From: Clostridia bacterium
GTDB taxonomy: Bacteria; Bacillota; Clostridia; Christensenellales; Aristaeellaceae
Direction: 5' to 3'
Assembly (NCBI GenBank): GCA_017540445.1
Contig: JAFYBB010000271.1
Span: 1 to 48,803 of the forward strand
DNA: 48,803 bases
Shown: piece after piece, positions 35,736 to 44,783 of the stretch
Numbering within the stretch: the stretch's first letter is position 1
Layout of the letters: every line of letters begins with the position of its first letter
Made by a program: the position numbers and the translations under genes
Notes under the pieces: generated by a model
The model's database searches: none
Seen by the model: only the letters and a program-made list of their open reading frames with translations
What the model was told of the DNA's origin: nothing

Positions 35736-35827
35736 ACCGATCACCCCCCGTGAGGCGTTGATGACTGTTGCCCCTCAGCTATTGGATGCGGCCGGGGCGA
35801 AAAAAGTTCCTTCGCACGGCTATTATA

Positions 35828-36856
35828 TCACTGATTCCTGTTCGTCGCAAGCCCTATCCGCAGCACCATGGCGTCCAGGGCCTCCCGGTCGCGCAGGCGG
35901 CCGCTCTTGACGGCGAAGTCCGCTTCGACGCAGCGGTCGTACAGCCCGATCAGCCAGTTGGCCGACAGCCGCGCGCACTGCTTCGCGGTCTGCCTTGCGG
36001 CGTAGGGGTGCAGCTTCAGCCGCTCCTGGACCTGTGCCGCCGTCTCGCCGGCGTCCAGCGCGCACTTCATGTGGACCAGCTGGCGCACCTGACGGGTCAT
36101 CATCGCCAGTATGCCGATGGGCGTCTGGCCGCCCTGCAGCAGGCTGTTGACCGTCTGCTGCCCCGCCTTGACGTCGCCCGAGAGCAGCCGGTTCAGCAGC
36201 TCGAACACATTGTATTCCAGCGAGGCGGAGACGATGGTCCGCACGTCGTCCTCGCCGATCTCCGTCCGCGCGTCCCCGACGTAGGCGCTCAGCTTGTCCA
36301 GCTCGCCCGAAAGCCGCGTCAGCTCGCGCCCGGCCATGTAGGTCAGCGTGTTCAGCGCCCTGCCCGACAGCCGCTTGCCGTATTGCTTTAGATACCTGCC
36401 GCACCATTTGGACAGCTCCGCGTCGCTGAGAAGGTCGAAGGTCACCGGCTGCGCCTTCTTTTTGAGCAGCCCGCTCATCTTCTTGCGGCTGTCCGGCTCC
36501 TGGCGCATGTAGAACACCAGCGCGCAGCTGTCCGGGGGATTGTCCAGCCACGTGTCCATCCACCGGACCTCGTCCTCCTCGTTCTTCGATTTGGCGGACA
36601 GCAGCGGCGCCCAGTCCCGCACGGTGACGACGCGGCGCTCACACATCATGGGCATGGTCTCGGCCGCGTCGGTGATCTGGCGCGCGGTCACGCCCTCCAG
36701 CGTGGTGTCGTTCAGCGTCTCGAGTCCGGGGGGCAGCAGCTTTGAGCGCAGCGCGTCCAGCGCCTCCCGCTTCACGTATTCCTCCGGCCCGGTGAACAGG
36801 TACACGGGGGAAAAGCGCCCGGCGTTGATCTCCTGATAGAACTCATTCCAGTTCAT
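35828..36856 (-). CDS. holA: DNA polymerase III delta subunit HolA
   Basis: 342 aa. The N-terminus YLFTGPEEYVKREALDAL is typical. It overlaps the comEC stop, and the comEC-holA order matches Bacillus. Confidence 0.85.
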   Translation of the reverse strand: MNWNEFYQEINAGRFSPVYLFTGPEEYVKREALDALRSKLLPPGLETLNDTTLEGVTARQITDAAETMPMMCERRVVTVRDWAPLLSAKSKNEEDEVRWMDTWLDNPPDSCALVFYMRQEPDSRKKMSGLLKKKAQPVTFDLLSDAELSKWCGRYLKQYGKRLSGRALNTLTYMAGRELTRLSGELDKLSAYVGDARTEIGEDDVRTIVSASLEYNVFELLNRLLSGDVKAGQQTVNSLLQGGQTPIGILAMMTRQVRQLVHMKCALDAGETAAQVQERLKLHPYAARQTAKQCARLSANWLIGLYDRCVEADFAVKSGRLRDREALDAMVLRIGLATNRNQ

Positions 36857-39236
36857 GGCCGCTCTCCTTCACATAGGTCCGTACATGCCATTGCCCGCCC
36901 CTCCAGGTCAGCGCCACCGAGCCGCAGTCCCGGGTGACGTAGACCCGGGCGTCGCAGCGCTCCAGCTTCTCAAGGGTCTCCTCCGACGGATGGCCGTAGT
37001 TGTTCTCGCCGACGGAAATGACCGCGATTTCGGGCGTGCAGGCGTCGAGAAAGCGCTCGCTGGTGGCCTTGGCCGAGCCGTGGTGCGCCACCTTCAGCAC
37101 GTCCGTGTCGGGGATGATCTCAGGCTCCGCGCTCTCGCTGAGGTCGCCGGTGAACAGCACGCTCTGCCCGTCGCAGGTGACCCTGGCGAGCATGGACAGG
37201 TCGTTGACCTCCTCCGGCAGCCCCGAGCCGTCCGGCGCGAACACCTCCAGCGTTGCCGTGGATGACAGCTCCACCTCGTCTCCGGCGCGCAGCTCGCGGA
37301 TCTCGACGCCCATCGACCGGGCCCGCTCGATGCCCTCCGCCACCGCCGGGGAGACGTCCTCCACCTCAAACCAGCCCTTCGGAACGTAGATCACATCCGG
37401 CCTGAAGCTGGTCAGCACGCTGTTCAGGCCGCCCGCGTGGTCCTGGTGCGGATGGCTGAGCACGATGCCGTCCAGATGCAGGCAGCTGGCGTTCAGGTAA
37501 TCGGCGGCGGGGGTGTAGGTGTCGCCGAGGTCCATCATGTACGTGTGGCCCCGCGTCGTCACCACCGCGCAGTCCGCCTGCCCGGCGTCGAGAAACACCA
37601 CCCCGTAAGGCCAGGCCCTGGCAAAGATCAGCAGCGACGACACGGCCGCGACGGCGATCAGCGCGAAGGGCAGCGCGCGGCGCAGAGGAGCCTTCAGCCG
37701 GCTGAGCTGGGAGGCCGCCAGCACGATGGCCCAGTGCAGGCACACGAGCAGCGCGGGATAGCGGCCAATCCGAACGCTGTTCACCGGGAGCGTCGCGCCC
37801 AGACGGGTGACGGCGATCAGTGCCGAGAACAGCGCGTCGGCCCCCGATGCCACCAGCGCCGCCGCCGGCAGGCAGACGATCGAGATCAGCAGCGCGGCAA
37901 GGCCCACGATGTAGCCCAGCACGCACAGCGGCACGCAGATCAGGTTGAAGGGCAGCGAGATCACCGACTGCACGCCGAAGAAGGCGACCACAAACGGCAG
38001 CGTGGCCAGCTGCGCGGCGAGGGACGCGCACAGCAGGGCCGGGAAGTAGACCTCGATCCAGCGCACGAGCCGGACCGCCCGCCTGCGACTGTGTTTGCGC
38101 CTCATCAGCGCCTCGACGCCGGTCAGCTGCCTCAGCGGCGGCCCGAGCAGTATGATGCCGGCGGACGCGGAATAGGACAGCGCGAAGCCCACGTCCTCGA
38201 TGGACAGCGGCCTGACGGCCAGCCAGATCAGCATGCTTGCGCCCAGGCGCGTCATGGCATCGCTGGGCCTTCCGGCGATGGGCGCGCCGCACAGCAGCGC
38301 GAACATGATGAGCGCCCGCGTGAACGAGGCCCCAAAGCCGATGAACACGCCGTAGGGAATGAGCAGCGCCGCCGCGAGCAAATTGGCCCAGCGCCTGTCC
38401 ATGAAGCGGCCGAGCAGAAAGGCCAGCATGGCGGCCAGCAGCGTGACGTGCAAACCCGATATGCAGATCAGGTGCGCGGTGCCGGACAGGCTCAGGGCCT
38501 CCCGGAACTCCTCGCTGAGCTGCGACCGGTCGCCCAGCACCAGCGCCCGCATCAGGCCCGCGTTGTCGGGAAACAGCGCGTCGATCCGCCGGCCCACGGC
38601 CTGGCGAAGGGCGATGACGGAAGACCTGAAATCGCGCGTGACGCCGAGAATCTCCGCGTCCTCGCGCTTGACGGTGGCGTAGCCGTTGAAGCCCTGGCGC
38701 ACCAGATAGGCCCCGAAGTCGAACTCGTGGGCATTTGTAATCGGGTCCGGCGCCCAGATGTGCGCCTTCATGCGCAGGCGCTGCCCATAGGCGATCTCGC
38801 GCAGCGGTGCTTCTTCGTCGCAGCGCATGTACATCCGAAGCGACAGGTCCGACGGGGCGCCGTCGTCGGTATCCAGGTCGAACCGGAATATCAACCGGCC
38901 CGTGTCCGCCTTGATGAAGGGCTCCGAGGCCACCCGGCCGGTCATCGGCACCGAATAGCGGGTCGGCTCCAGGTGGGCCGTGCGAACCGCCAGGTCCATG
39001 CGCAGCATGCCGGCCAGTACGCCCGCCACCAGCAGCATCGCGCCGGCGGCCGTTCTCCGCCTGCCGCGCGCGAAGGCGATACCGGCGGCGGAGGCGGCGA
39101 CAAGGCCGGCCGCGCACAGCCACGCTTGCGCGGGCCAGCGCCGTGCGGCGATCAGGCCCATCAGAAACGCGACGGCGAAGCAGGCGAGGGGCCGCGCGTG
39201 CATCTGGCGCGCCAGAAAACCGCGTTTTTCGCGCAT
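36843..39236 (-). CDS. comEC: DNA internalisation competence protein ComEC/Rec2
   Basis: It has a polytopic competence domain and a C-terminal MBL domain (SHPHQDHAGG, HHGS). The start was placed at MREKRGF (ATG 39236). The 132 upstream codons of the track ORF overlap the preceding gene. Confidence 0.85.
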   Translation of the reverse strand: MREKRGFLARQMHARPLACFAVAFLMGLIAARRWPAQAWLCAAGLVAASAAGIAFARGRRRTAAGAMLLVAGVLAGMLRMDLAVRTAHLEPTRYSVPMTGRVASEPFIKADTGRLIFRFDLDTDDGAPSDLSLRMYMRCDEEAPLREIAYGQRLRMKAHIWAPDPITNAHEFDFGAYLVRQGFNGYATVKREDAEILGVTRDFRSSVIALRQAVGRRIDALFPDNAGLMRALVLGDRSQLSEEFREALSLSGTAHLICISGLHVTLLAAMLAFLLGRFMDRRWANLLAAALLIPYGVFIGFGASFTRALIMFALLCGAPIAGRPSDAMTRLGASMLIWLAVRPLSIEDVGFALSYSASAGIILLGPPLRQLTGVEALMRRKHSRRRAVRLVRWIEVYFPALLCASLAAQLATLPFVVAFFGVQSVISLPFNLICVPLCVLGYIVGLAALLISIVCLPAAALVASGADALFSALIAVTRLGATLPVNSVRIGRYPALLVCLHWAIVLAASQLSRLKAPLRRALPFALIAVAAVSSLLIFARAWPYGVVFLDAGQADCAVVTTRGHTYMMDLGDTYTPAADYLNASCLHLDGIVLSHPHQDHAGGLNSVLTSFRPDVIYVPKGWFEVEDVSPAVAEGIERARSMGVEIRELRAGDEVELSSTATLEVFAPDGSGLPEEVNDLSMLARVTCDGQSVLFTGDLSESAEPEIIPDTDVLKVAHHGSAKATSERFLDACTPEIAVISVGENNYGHPSEETLEKLERCDARVYVTRDCGSVALTWRGGQWHVRTYVKESGHELE

Positions 39237-39241
39237 GGCCT

Positions 39242-39955
39242 TCAGATGTAGTATACCCCGCCCAGCTCCGCAAGCTCCGCGGCGGGATAGGCCGCCCGCG
39301 CCTCGTCGAGCAGAAGCATGGGATCGTATTTCGGGTTCAGATGGGTCAGCAGCAGCCGCTTGGCGCCCGCCCTTTCGGCAAGCCTGCCGCACAGCAGGGC
39401 GGAGAGGTGCGGCGCGGTGAAGCTGTGGTCCGCCCCGGAGAGCCCGCAGTCGGCCAGCAGCAGGCTCGCGCCGTCGCAGAACAGCTCCACGAGGGCGTCC
39501 TCGTTGGTATCGCCGGTGAACACGAAGCTCGCCCCGTCGCACTCGACGCGCACCGCGTTGGTGGGGACCGGGTGCCGCGCGGCGGTGAAGGAGACGCGCA
39601 TCTCGCCGATGGCGACGTCCTCGGCGGGCCACAGGTCGTAGCAGGGCCGCTTCAAAAGGGCTGCCACGGTCTCCGGCTCGTCCGGCGCGTAGACCGGCAG
39701 CGCCTTCTTCCGTGGGTTGAACTGCAGCGCGTACTGCATGGGCAGCATGTCCGACATGTGGTCGTAGTGCAGGTGGGTGAGTATCACCGCGTCGAGCGCT
39801 TCAAGGCAGTTTTCCGCCATCAGGCGGCTGAGCACGCCGGGGCCGCAGTCGATCAGTATGCGCGTATTGCCGCTGTCGCTGGACAGCAGGTAGCCGGAGC
39901 AGGCGCCGTTGGCCGCCGGATAGGGACCGTTGTTGCCGAGGACCTTCAGTATCAT
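39242..39955 (-). CDS. MBL-fold metallo-hydrolase
   Basis: The HxHxDH motif is LTHLHYDHMSD. ATG 39955 (MILKVLG) is preferred. The alternative is GTG 39964. Confidence 0.8.
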   Translation of the reverse strand: MILKVLGNNGPYPAANGACSGYLLSSDSGNTRILIDCGPGVLSRLMAENCLEALDAVILTHLHYDHMSDMLPMQYALQFNPRKKALPVYAPDEPETVAALLKRPCYDLWPAEDVAIGEMRVSFTAARHPVPTNAVRVECDGASFVFTGDTNEDALVELFCDGASLLLADCGLSGADHSFTAPHLSALLCGRLAERAGAKRLLLTHLNPKYDPMLLLDEARAAYPAAELAELGGVYYI

Positions 39956-40117
39956 GACATCCACAACCCTTCAATGCTGTATGCGCTTCGTATATTGGGC
40001 GACGCCCCTACAGATTATAACAAAAAGCGCGCCGTTGCACAAGTGAAACGGCGAAAGTCGTCATGATCCCGCGGGAATTTACATAGTATGCCACAGGTCG
40101 ATCAAAGGAGTGATGGC

Positions 40118-41836
40118 ATGAATTACTTTGGCGTATACCATTCGGATTATAACCGATCCGGCAGCGGTATATTTGACGCGCCCTGCATCACCAAGGGTCG
40201 GATGACGCTCTGCGCCCACGACGCGCATTCCAACGGCGGCATGCTCGCGGCGGCCTTCGGCCGCATCCGCAACCGTCGTCAGCTGGCCGAGCGGCTGGAC
40301 TGCCCGGCTTCGACGCCCGACGCCAGGCTGGTCATGCAGGCCTATCGGAAATGGGGCGCGGACTATCCCGAATACATAGAGGGCCCCGCGGCCACCTGCC
40401 TGATGGACGCGGACGCGGACGCGCTGGTGCTCAGCCGGGACAGGATGGGGGAGCAGCCCGTCTTCTACGACCGGCAGGGCGACTGCGTGGCCTTCTCGGA
40501 CCACCCGGACACGCTGTTGAAGGCGGCGAGGACGGAGCCGGTGATGGACGGGGACGGCGCGCGGGAGCTGTTCGGGCTCGGCCCCGCCCGGACGCCCGGC
40601 CACACGTTCTACCGTGGCATGCGTGCGCTTGAAAGCGGATGCGCGCTCGTCGTTCGGTCGGGCCGCGCCGATATCAGAAGATATTTCCAAATCGAGGACG
40701 CGCCCCACGCCGACGACGAAGCCGCGACGGTCGACGCCGTCCGGGGCCTGCTGGAGCAATGCGCCTCGGACGTCGCGCCGCTGAAGCCCGCCGTCATGCT
40801 CTCCGGGGGCCTGGACTCCACGGCGCTGACCGCTCTGCTCCATGCGCGCAACCCCGGGCTGCTCAGCTTTTCGGTGGACTACCAGGACAACGCCCGGGAC
40901 TTCCGGGCGAACGCCTTCAGGCCGGCCATGGACGCGCCCTATGTGCTCGAGGCCGTTCGCGCCTACGGCACCCAGCACCGTACCGTGACGCTGGACCAGG
41001 CGGAGCTCGCGCGGACGCTGGATCGGGCGGTGTCCCTGCGCGGCTTCCCGGGCATGGCGGACATCGACACATCGCTGCTTCTCTTTTCCAGGGAGATCGC
41101 GCGCTACGGCAAATATGTCGTGTCGGGCGAATGCGGCGACGAGGTCTTCGGCGGCTACCCGTGGTTCAGGGATACCGCGCCGCTGGAGGGCTTCCCCTGG
41201 TCGGGGTCGCTCGAGCTGCGGGAGCGCCTGCTGAAGCCTGAGATTCGCGGCGCGCTGAAGCTGCCCGAATACGTGGGAGACGTCTTTGAATCGCGCCGCG
41301 CCGCCGCCGATCCCGGCCCGGAATACAGCCCCGATGAGCGGCGCCTCAGGACCATGCAGCGGCTGTGCTTCGACTATTTCATGGCGAACCTTCAGGAGCG
41401 GGCGGTGCGCATGTGCGAGGGCGCGGGCCTCAATGTGCTGACGCCGCTGTGCGATGAGAGGCTGGTGCAGTACGTGTACAACGTACTCTGGGCGATGAAG
41501 TTCATGGGCGGCCAGGAGAAGGGCCTGTTCCGCGCCGCCGTCCGGGACCTGCTGCCCGAGGCGCTGCTGCGCCGCAAAAAGAGCCCCTATCCGAAGACCT
41601 GCAGCCCCATCTACACGCGCCTCGTGCGCGACATGGCCCTGCGCATGGCCGCGGACAGCGAAGCGCCGGTCTTTGAGCTCATCGACCGCGACCGCTTTGT
41701 GGAGCTGGCCGAATCCGAGTTGAACCCCGTCGACACGCCCTGGTTCGGCCAGCTGATGGCGGGCCCGCAGCTGCTGGGCTACCTGTGGCAGGTCAACCGC
41801 TGGCTCCGGGACAGGAACATCAGCATAAAGCTGTAA
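40118..41836 (+). CDS. Asparagine synthetase (AsnB)-family ATP-dependent amidotransferase homologue lacking the N-terminal catalytic Cys
   Basis: The PP-loop is AVMLSGGLDST. SGECGDEVFGGYPWF and RKKSPYPKT are also present. The N-terminus is MNYFGVY rather than MCG. The start is ATG 40118, 7 nt after AAAGGAG. Confidence 0.8.
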   Translation: MNYFGVYHSDYNRSGSGIFDAPCITKGRMTLCAHDAHSNGGMLAAAFGRIRNRRQLAERLDCPASTPDARLVMQAYRKWGADYPEYIEGPAATCLMDADADALVLSRDRMGEQPVFYDRQGDCVAFSDHPDTLLKAARTEPVMDGDGARELFGLGPARTPGHTFYRGMRALESGCALVVRSGRADIRRYFQIEDAPHADDEAATVDAVRGLLEQCASDVAPLKPAVMLSGGLDSTALTALLHARNPGLLSFSVDYQDNARDFRANAFRPAMDAPYVLEAVRAYGTQHRTVTLDQAELARTLDRAVSLRGFPGMADIDTSLLLFSREIARYGKYVVSGECGDEVFGGYPWFRDTAPLEGFPWSGSLELRERLLKPEIRGALKLPEYVGDVFESRRAAADPGPEYSPDERRLRTMQRLCFDYFMANLQERAVRMCEGAGLNVLTPLCDERLVQYVYNVLWAMKFMGGQEKGLFRAAVRDLLPEALLRRKKSPYPKTCSPIYTRLVRDMALRMAADSEAPVFELIDRDRFVELAESELNPVDTPWFGQLMAGPQLLGYLWQVNRWLRDRNISIKL

Positions 41837-41962
41837 CGGCTGCATGACGCATAAAACGCCCCGATTCGCGCAAACTACGCACACGACTTGAAGTATGCGG
41901 TATCATTTGCGGCCTTCAGCGCCCAAATGATGGCAGTTTGAGCACATGGAGGCGTTTTTGCT

Positions 41963-42517
41963 ATGCGAGCAACGGGCATTGTCAGGAGAATAGACGAGCT
42001 GGGCCGGGTGGTCATTCCAAAGGAGATCAGAAGGACCTTGCGCATCCGCGAGGGGGACCCGCTGGAGATATTCACCGACCACGACGGCGAGGTCGTGTTG
42101 AAGAAGTATTCGCCGATCGGGGAGATCGCGTCCATCGCCAAGGACTATACCGACTCCCTGTACCGGACCCTGGGCCACGTGGCGCTGATCAGCGACCGGG
42201 ACGCGGTGGTGTCCAGCTCCGGCGCGGCCAAGCGGGATTATGTGGAAAAGCAGCTCAGCCAGGACGTGGACCAGATCCTGCAGAGCCGGCAGCTGACGCT
42301 TTTGAACCTGTCGATGGGCGCGAAGATGATCCCGATCACCGCCGACGACCGGCCCGAGACCTATTCTGCCCAGATCGTCGCGCCGATACTGGCGGACGGG
42401 GAGATCGTCGGCGGGCTGATGCTGCTGAGCCGGGAATCCGGGCTGCAGATGACGGACATCGACCACAAGGTGGCCGAGACCACCGCCAACATCATCGGCA
42501 GGCAGATGGAACAGTAG
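41963..42517 (+). CDS. spoVT: Stage V sporulation protein T (AbrB-type N-domain plus GAF-like C-domain)
   Basis: MRATGIVRRIDELGRVVIPKEIRRTLRIREGDPLEIF...KKYSPIGE is near-identical in pattern to B. subtilis SpoVT. The C-terminus reads ...IIGRQMEQ. Confidence 0.95.
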   Translation: MRATGIVRRIDELGRVVIPKEIRRTLRIREGDPLEIFTDHDGEVVLKKYSPIGEIASIAKDYTDSLYRTLGHVALISDRDAVVSSSGAAKRDYVEKQLSQDVDQILQSRQLTLLNLSMGAKMIPITADDRPETYSAQIVAPILADGEIVGGLMLLSRESGLQMTDIDHKVAETTANIIGRQMEQ

Positions 42518-42525
42518 TATCGTCC

Positions 42526-42554
42526 TTGCGCGCACGCGCCGCGTGTGCTATAAT
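42526..42554 (+). promoter_or_regulatory. Candidate sigma-A promoter for mazG/yabN
   Basis: TTGCGC-17 nt-(TGc)TATAAT. Confidence 0.5.
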
Positions 42555-42593
42555 GTCTCTCGTCATAATTGATATGCGGGAGGCTGACGGCGC

Positions 42594-43988
42594 ATGGGCG
42601 GCACGATCACGATCATTGGAACGGGGTGGAGCAGGGGAGAGCTGACGCTTCAGGCCGTCGAGCTGCTGACGGGCGGCGCGCATATACTGCTGCACACCGA
42701 CCACTGCGGCTGCGCCGAATGGCTTTCGGAGCGCGGCATTGCCTATGCGTCGCTGGATACGCTGTATGAGCGCTGCGAGGATTTCGACGAACTCGCCCGC
42801 GCCGCGGCGGACGCGGTCACAGAGGCCGCCCGGAGCGGCGACGTGCTCTACTGCGTTCCCGACGTCCGCGACCTCAGCGCCCGGCTGCTGACGGCTTCCG
42901 GGGTCCAGCCTCGCCCGCGCGTCGTGGCGGGGCCGCCGGTCGAGGGGGCGCTGCTGGCGCTCTGCCGGGGCGAGACGCGCATGGTCGAGGCGTCCGACTG
43001 GCAGGAATACCACCTGACGCCGCGGGAGAACTGCCTGATTCGCGAGCTGGCCTCCCGCGAGCTGGCCGCCGAGGTGAAGCTGGGCCTCATGGCCGTGTAT
43101 CCGGAGGAAACCGAAATCTGGGTGATGAACGGCGCATCCGAGCCGCAGGCGATGCCCCTTTACGCGCTGGACAGGGGGGCGCTCTACGATCACAGGACCT
43201 GCGCGCTGATCCCGGCCCAGCGCTCCGTGCTGGCACTGGAGCGGTGGGATTTTGAGCACCTGAATGAGATCATGCGCATCCTCTGCGGCCCGGACGGCTG
43301 CCCCTGGGACCGGGCGCAGACCCACCAGTCGCTCAGGACCTGCATGCTGGAGGAGGCCTACGAGGTGATCGACGCCATCGACGAAGGGGACATGGATCAC
43401 CTCTGCGAGGAGCTGGGCGACGTGCTGCTGCAGGTGGCCATCCACGCCGAGATCGCCCGGCTGCACGGCGAATTCGACATTACGGATGTCACGACGGCCA
43501 TATGCGACAAGATGATCCGACGGCACACCCACGTGTTCGGCGCCGACGACGCGCAGAGCGCCGATCAGGTGCTGGACCTGTGGAGCCGGAACAAGATGGC
43601 GGAGCGCAGCCAGAAGACGCGAACCGAATCGATGCGCGACATCACCCGGGCGCTTCCGGCGATGTTGAAGGCGGTGAAGGTGATGAAGCGCAGCGGCGAG
43701 GCCGGCCTGCGCGACGAGAGTGTCCGGCAGGCCGCCGAGCGCTGCGCGCGCCGCCTGAGCGCGCTTTCCGTCGAGAACGCGGAGGAAGCGCTGGGAGAGG
43801 CGCTGTTGGACCTTGCGGAGATGGCCTTCATGCTGAAGGTGGACCCGGAGATCGCGCTGAACGGCGCCATCAAGCGATTCATAGAGCGATTTGACGAAAT
43901 CGAGCGCAAAATCAACGCCGAAGGCGCCGGCTTCGATGCGCTGAGCGCCGAAACGTTGAGAAAATATTGGGATTTAGTAAAATTGTGA
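42594..43988 (+). CDS. mazG: YabN-type protein: N-terminal tetrapyrrole-methylase-like domain fused to MazG NTP pyrophosphohydrolase
   Basis: The MazG core is CPWDRAQTHQSLRTCMLEEAYEVIDAI...EELGDVLLQV. The N-terminus ITIIGTG... is like YabN. The spoVT-yabN synteny is kept. Confidence 0.9.
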   Translation: MGGTITIIGTGWSRGELTLQAVELLTGGAHILLHTDHCGCAEWLSERGIAYASLDTLYERCEDFDELARAAADAVTEAARSGDVLYCVPDVRDLSARLLTASGVQPRPRVVAGPPVEGALLALCRGETRMVEASDWQEYHLTPRENCLIRELASRELAAEVKLGLMAVYPEETEIWVMNGASEPQAMPLYALDRGALYDHRTCALIPAQRSVLALERWDFEHLNEIMRILCGPDGCPWDRAQTHQSLRTCMLEEAYEVIDAIDEGDMDHLCEELGDVLLQVAIHAEIARLHGEFDITDVTTAICDKMIRRHTHVFGADDAQSADQVLDLWSRNKMAERSQKTRTESMRDITRALPAMLKAVKVMKRSGEAGLRDESVRQAAERCARRLSALSVENAEEALGEALLDLAEMAFMLKVDPEIALNGAIKRFIERFDEIERKINAEGAGFDALSAETLRKYWDLVKL

Positions 43989-44103
43989 ATTAATGGCTGA
44001 AACATGCAGGAAAAACACGGCCCGGCACGAATATTGAAAATATTGTGCTCAATAATGTCTATTTGTTGCGCTCAATTTGCCTATAATATCTGGAGGTGTT
44101 TTT

Positions 44104-44373
44104 ATGAACAAGGCAACGCTGATTGCCAAGGTGGCAGAGAAGTCCGAACTGAGCAAGAAGCAGGCGGAAGCGGCCCTGAACGCTTTCACCGACACCATCG
44201 CCGAGGCCCTGAAGGCCGGCGACAAGGTTCAGCTGATGGGCTTTGGCACTTTTGAGGTGAAGGAGCGCGCCGCACGCGTCGGCCGCAAGCCCTCCACCGG
44301 CGAGACCATCGAGATTCCCGCCAAGAGGACCCCGTCCTTCAAGGCCGGCAAGGGCTTTAAGGATCAGTTCTGA
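44104..44373 (+). CDS. hup: DNA-binding protein HU
   Basis: [28 protein letters not shown]...[28 protein letters not shown]. The start was moved to ATG 44104. Confidence 0.95.
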   Translation: MNKATLIAKVAEKSELSKKQAEAALNAFTDTIAEALKAGDKVQLMGFGTFEVKERAARVGRKPSTGETIEIPAKRTPSFKAGKGFKDQF

Positions 44374-44483
44374 TCGATCAGACGAGCTCAGGGCGCTTCC
44401 TTTACGGGGGTGCCCTTTGTTGTGCCATGATCGACGACGCGCCCGGACCCATCCGGGCATCTAAAAAAACAGGGGATGACGAT

Positions 44484-44783
44484 ATGAGCAGAAAGGCCAT
44501 AGAGGCGAAGAAGCCGGTGGAGCACGTCGCGCCTACCGCCATACGCCTCGACAAATTCCTGAAGATCTCCCGCATCATCAAGCGGCGCAGCGTCGCCAAC
44601 GACGCCTGCTCCACCGGGCACGTGACGGTCAACGGCAAGGAGGCCAAGCCGGGCACCGACGTGCGCGTGGGCGATGTGCTGGGCATACGCTTCGGCGAAA
44701 AGTACAGCGAATATGAAATACTCTCCATCGCGGAACACGCGGCCAAGCAGGACGCCGCCTCGATGTACCGCGCCCGGGCATGA
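44484..44783 (+). CDS. yabO: S4-domain RNA-binding protein (YabO-like)
   Basis: IRLDKFLKISRIIKRRSVANDACSTGHVTVNGKEAKP is an S4 motif. The N-terminal extent is uncertain. Confidence 0.8.
   Translation: MSRKAIEAKKPVEHVAPTAIRLDKFLKISRIIKRRSVANDACSTGHVTVNGKEAKPGTDVRVGDVLGIRFGEKYSEYEILSIAEHAAKQDAASMYRARA

Noticed and set aside
37366-39273. 635-aa minus-strand alternative-frame ORF and 604-aa plus-strand ORF (37437-39251) across comEC
   Set aside because: Both products are Arg/Gly/Pro/Ala-rich and lack TM helices and motifs. The comEC frame gives a coherent polytopic protein with an MBL domain.
39237-39632. 132-codon N-terminal extension of the comEC ORF in the track
   Set aside because: The extension is Arg-rich and overlaps the upstream MBL hydrolase gene in another frame. 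An ATG at 39236 immediately after that gene's stop gives a normal ComEC N-terminus.
40079-41884. 601-aa minus-strand ORF
   Set aside because: It is antisense to the AsnB-like gene, which carries the PP-loop, and its composition is shadow-like.
39965-41962. Lasso-peptide or other RiPP cluster around the Cys-less AsnB homologue, including a 15-codon ORF at 41844-41891 (MTHKTPRFAQTTHTT)
   Set aside because: There is no leader-peptidase (transglutaminase-like), RRE or ABC exporter gene nearby. The mini-ORF has no RBS and is too short for a lasso precursor. The neighbours are housekeeping and sporulation genes.
44083-44088. TATAAT hexamer upstream of hup considered as its -10 box
   Set aside because: It lies only about 4 nt before the GGAGGTG RBS, so a transcript starting there would lack the RBS. 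No matching -35 lies at 16-18 nt.
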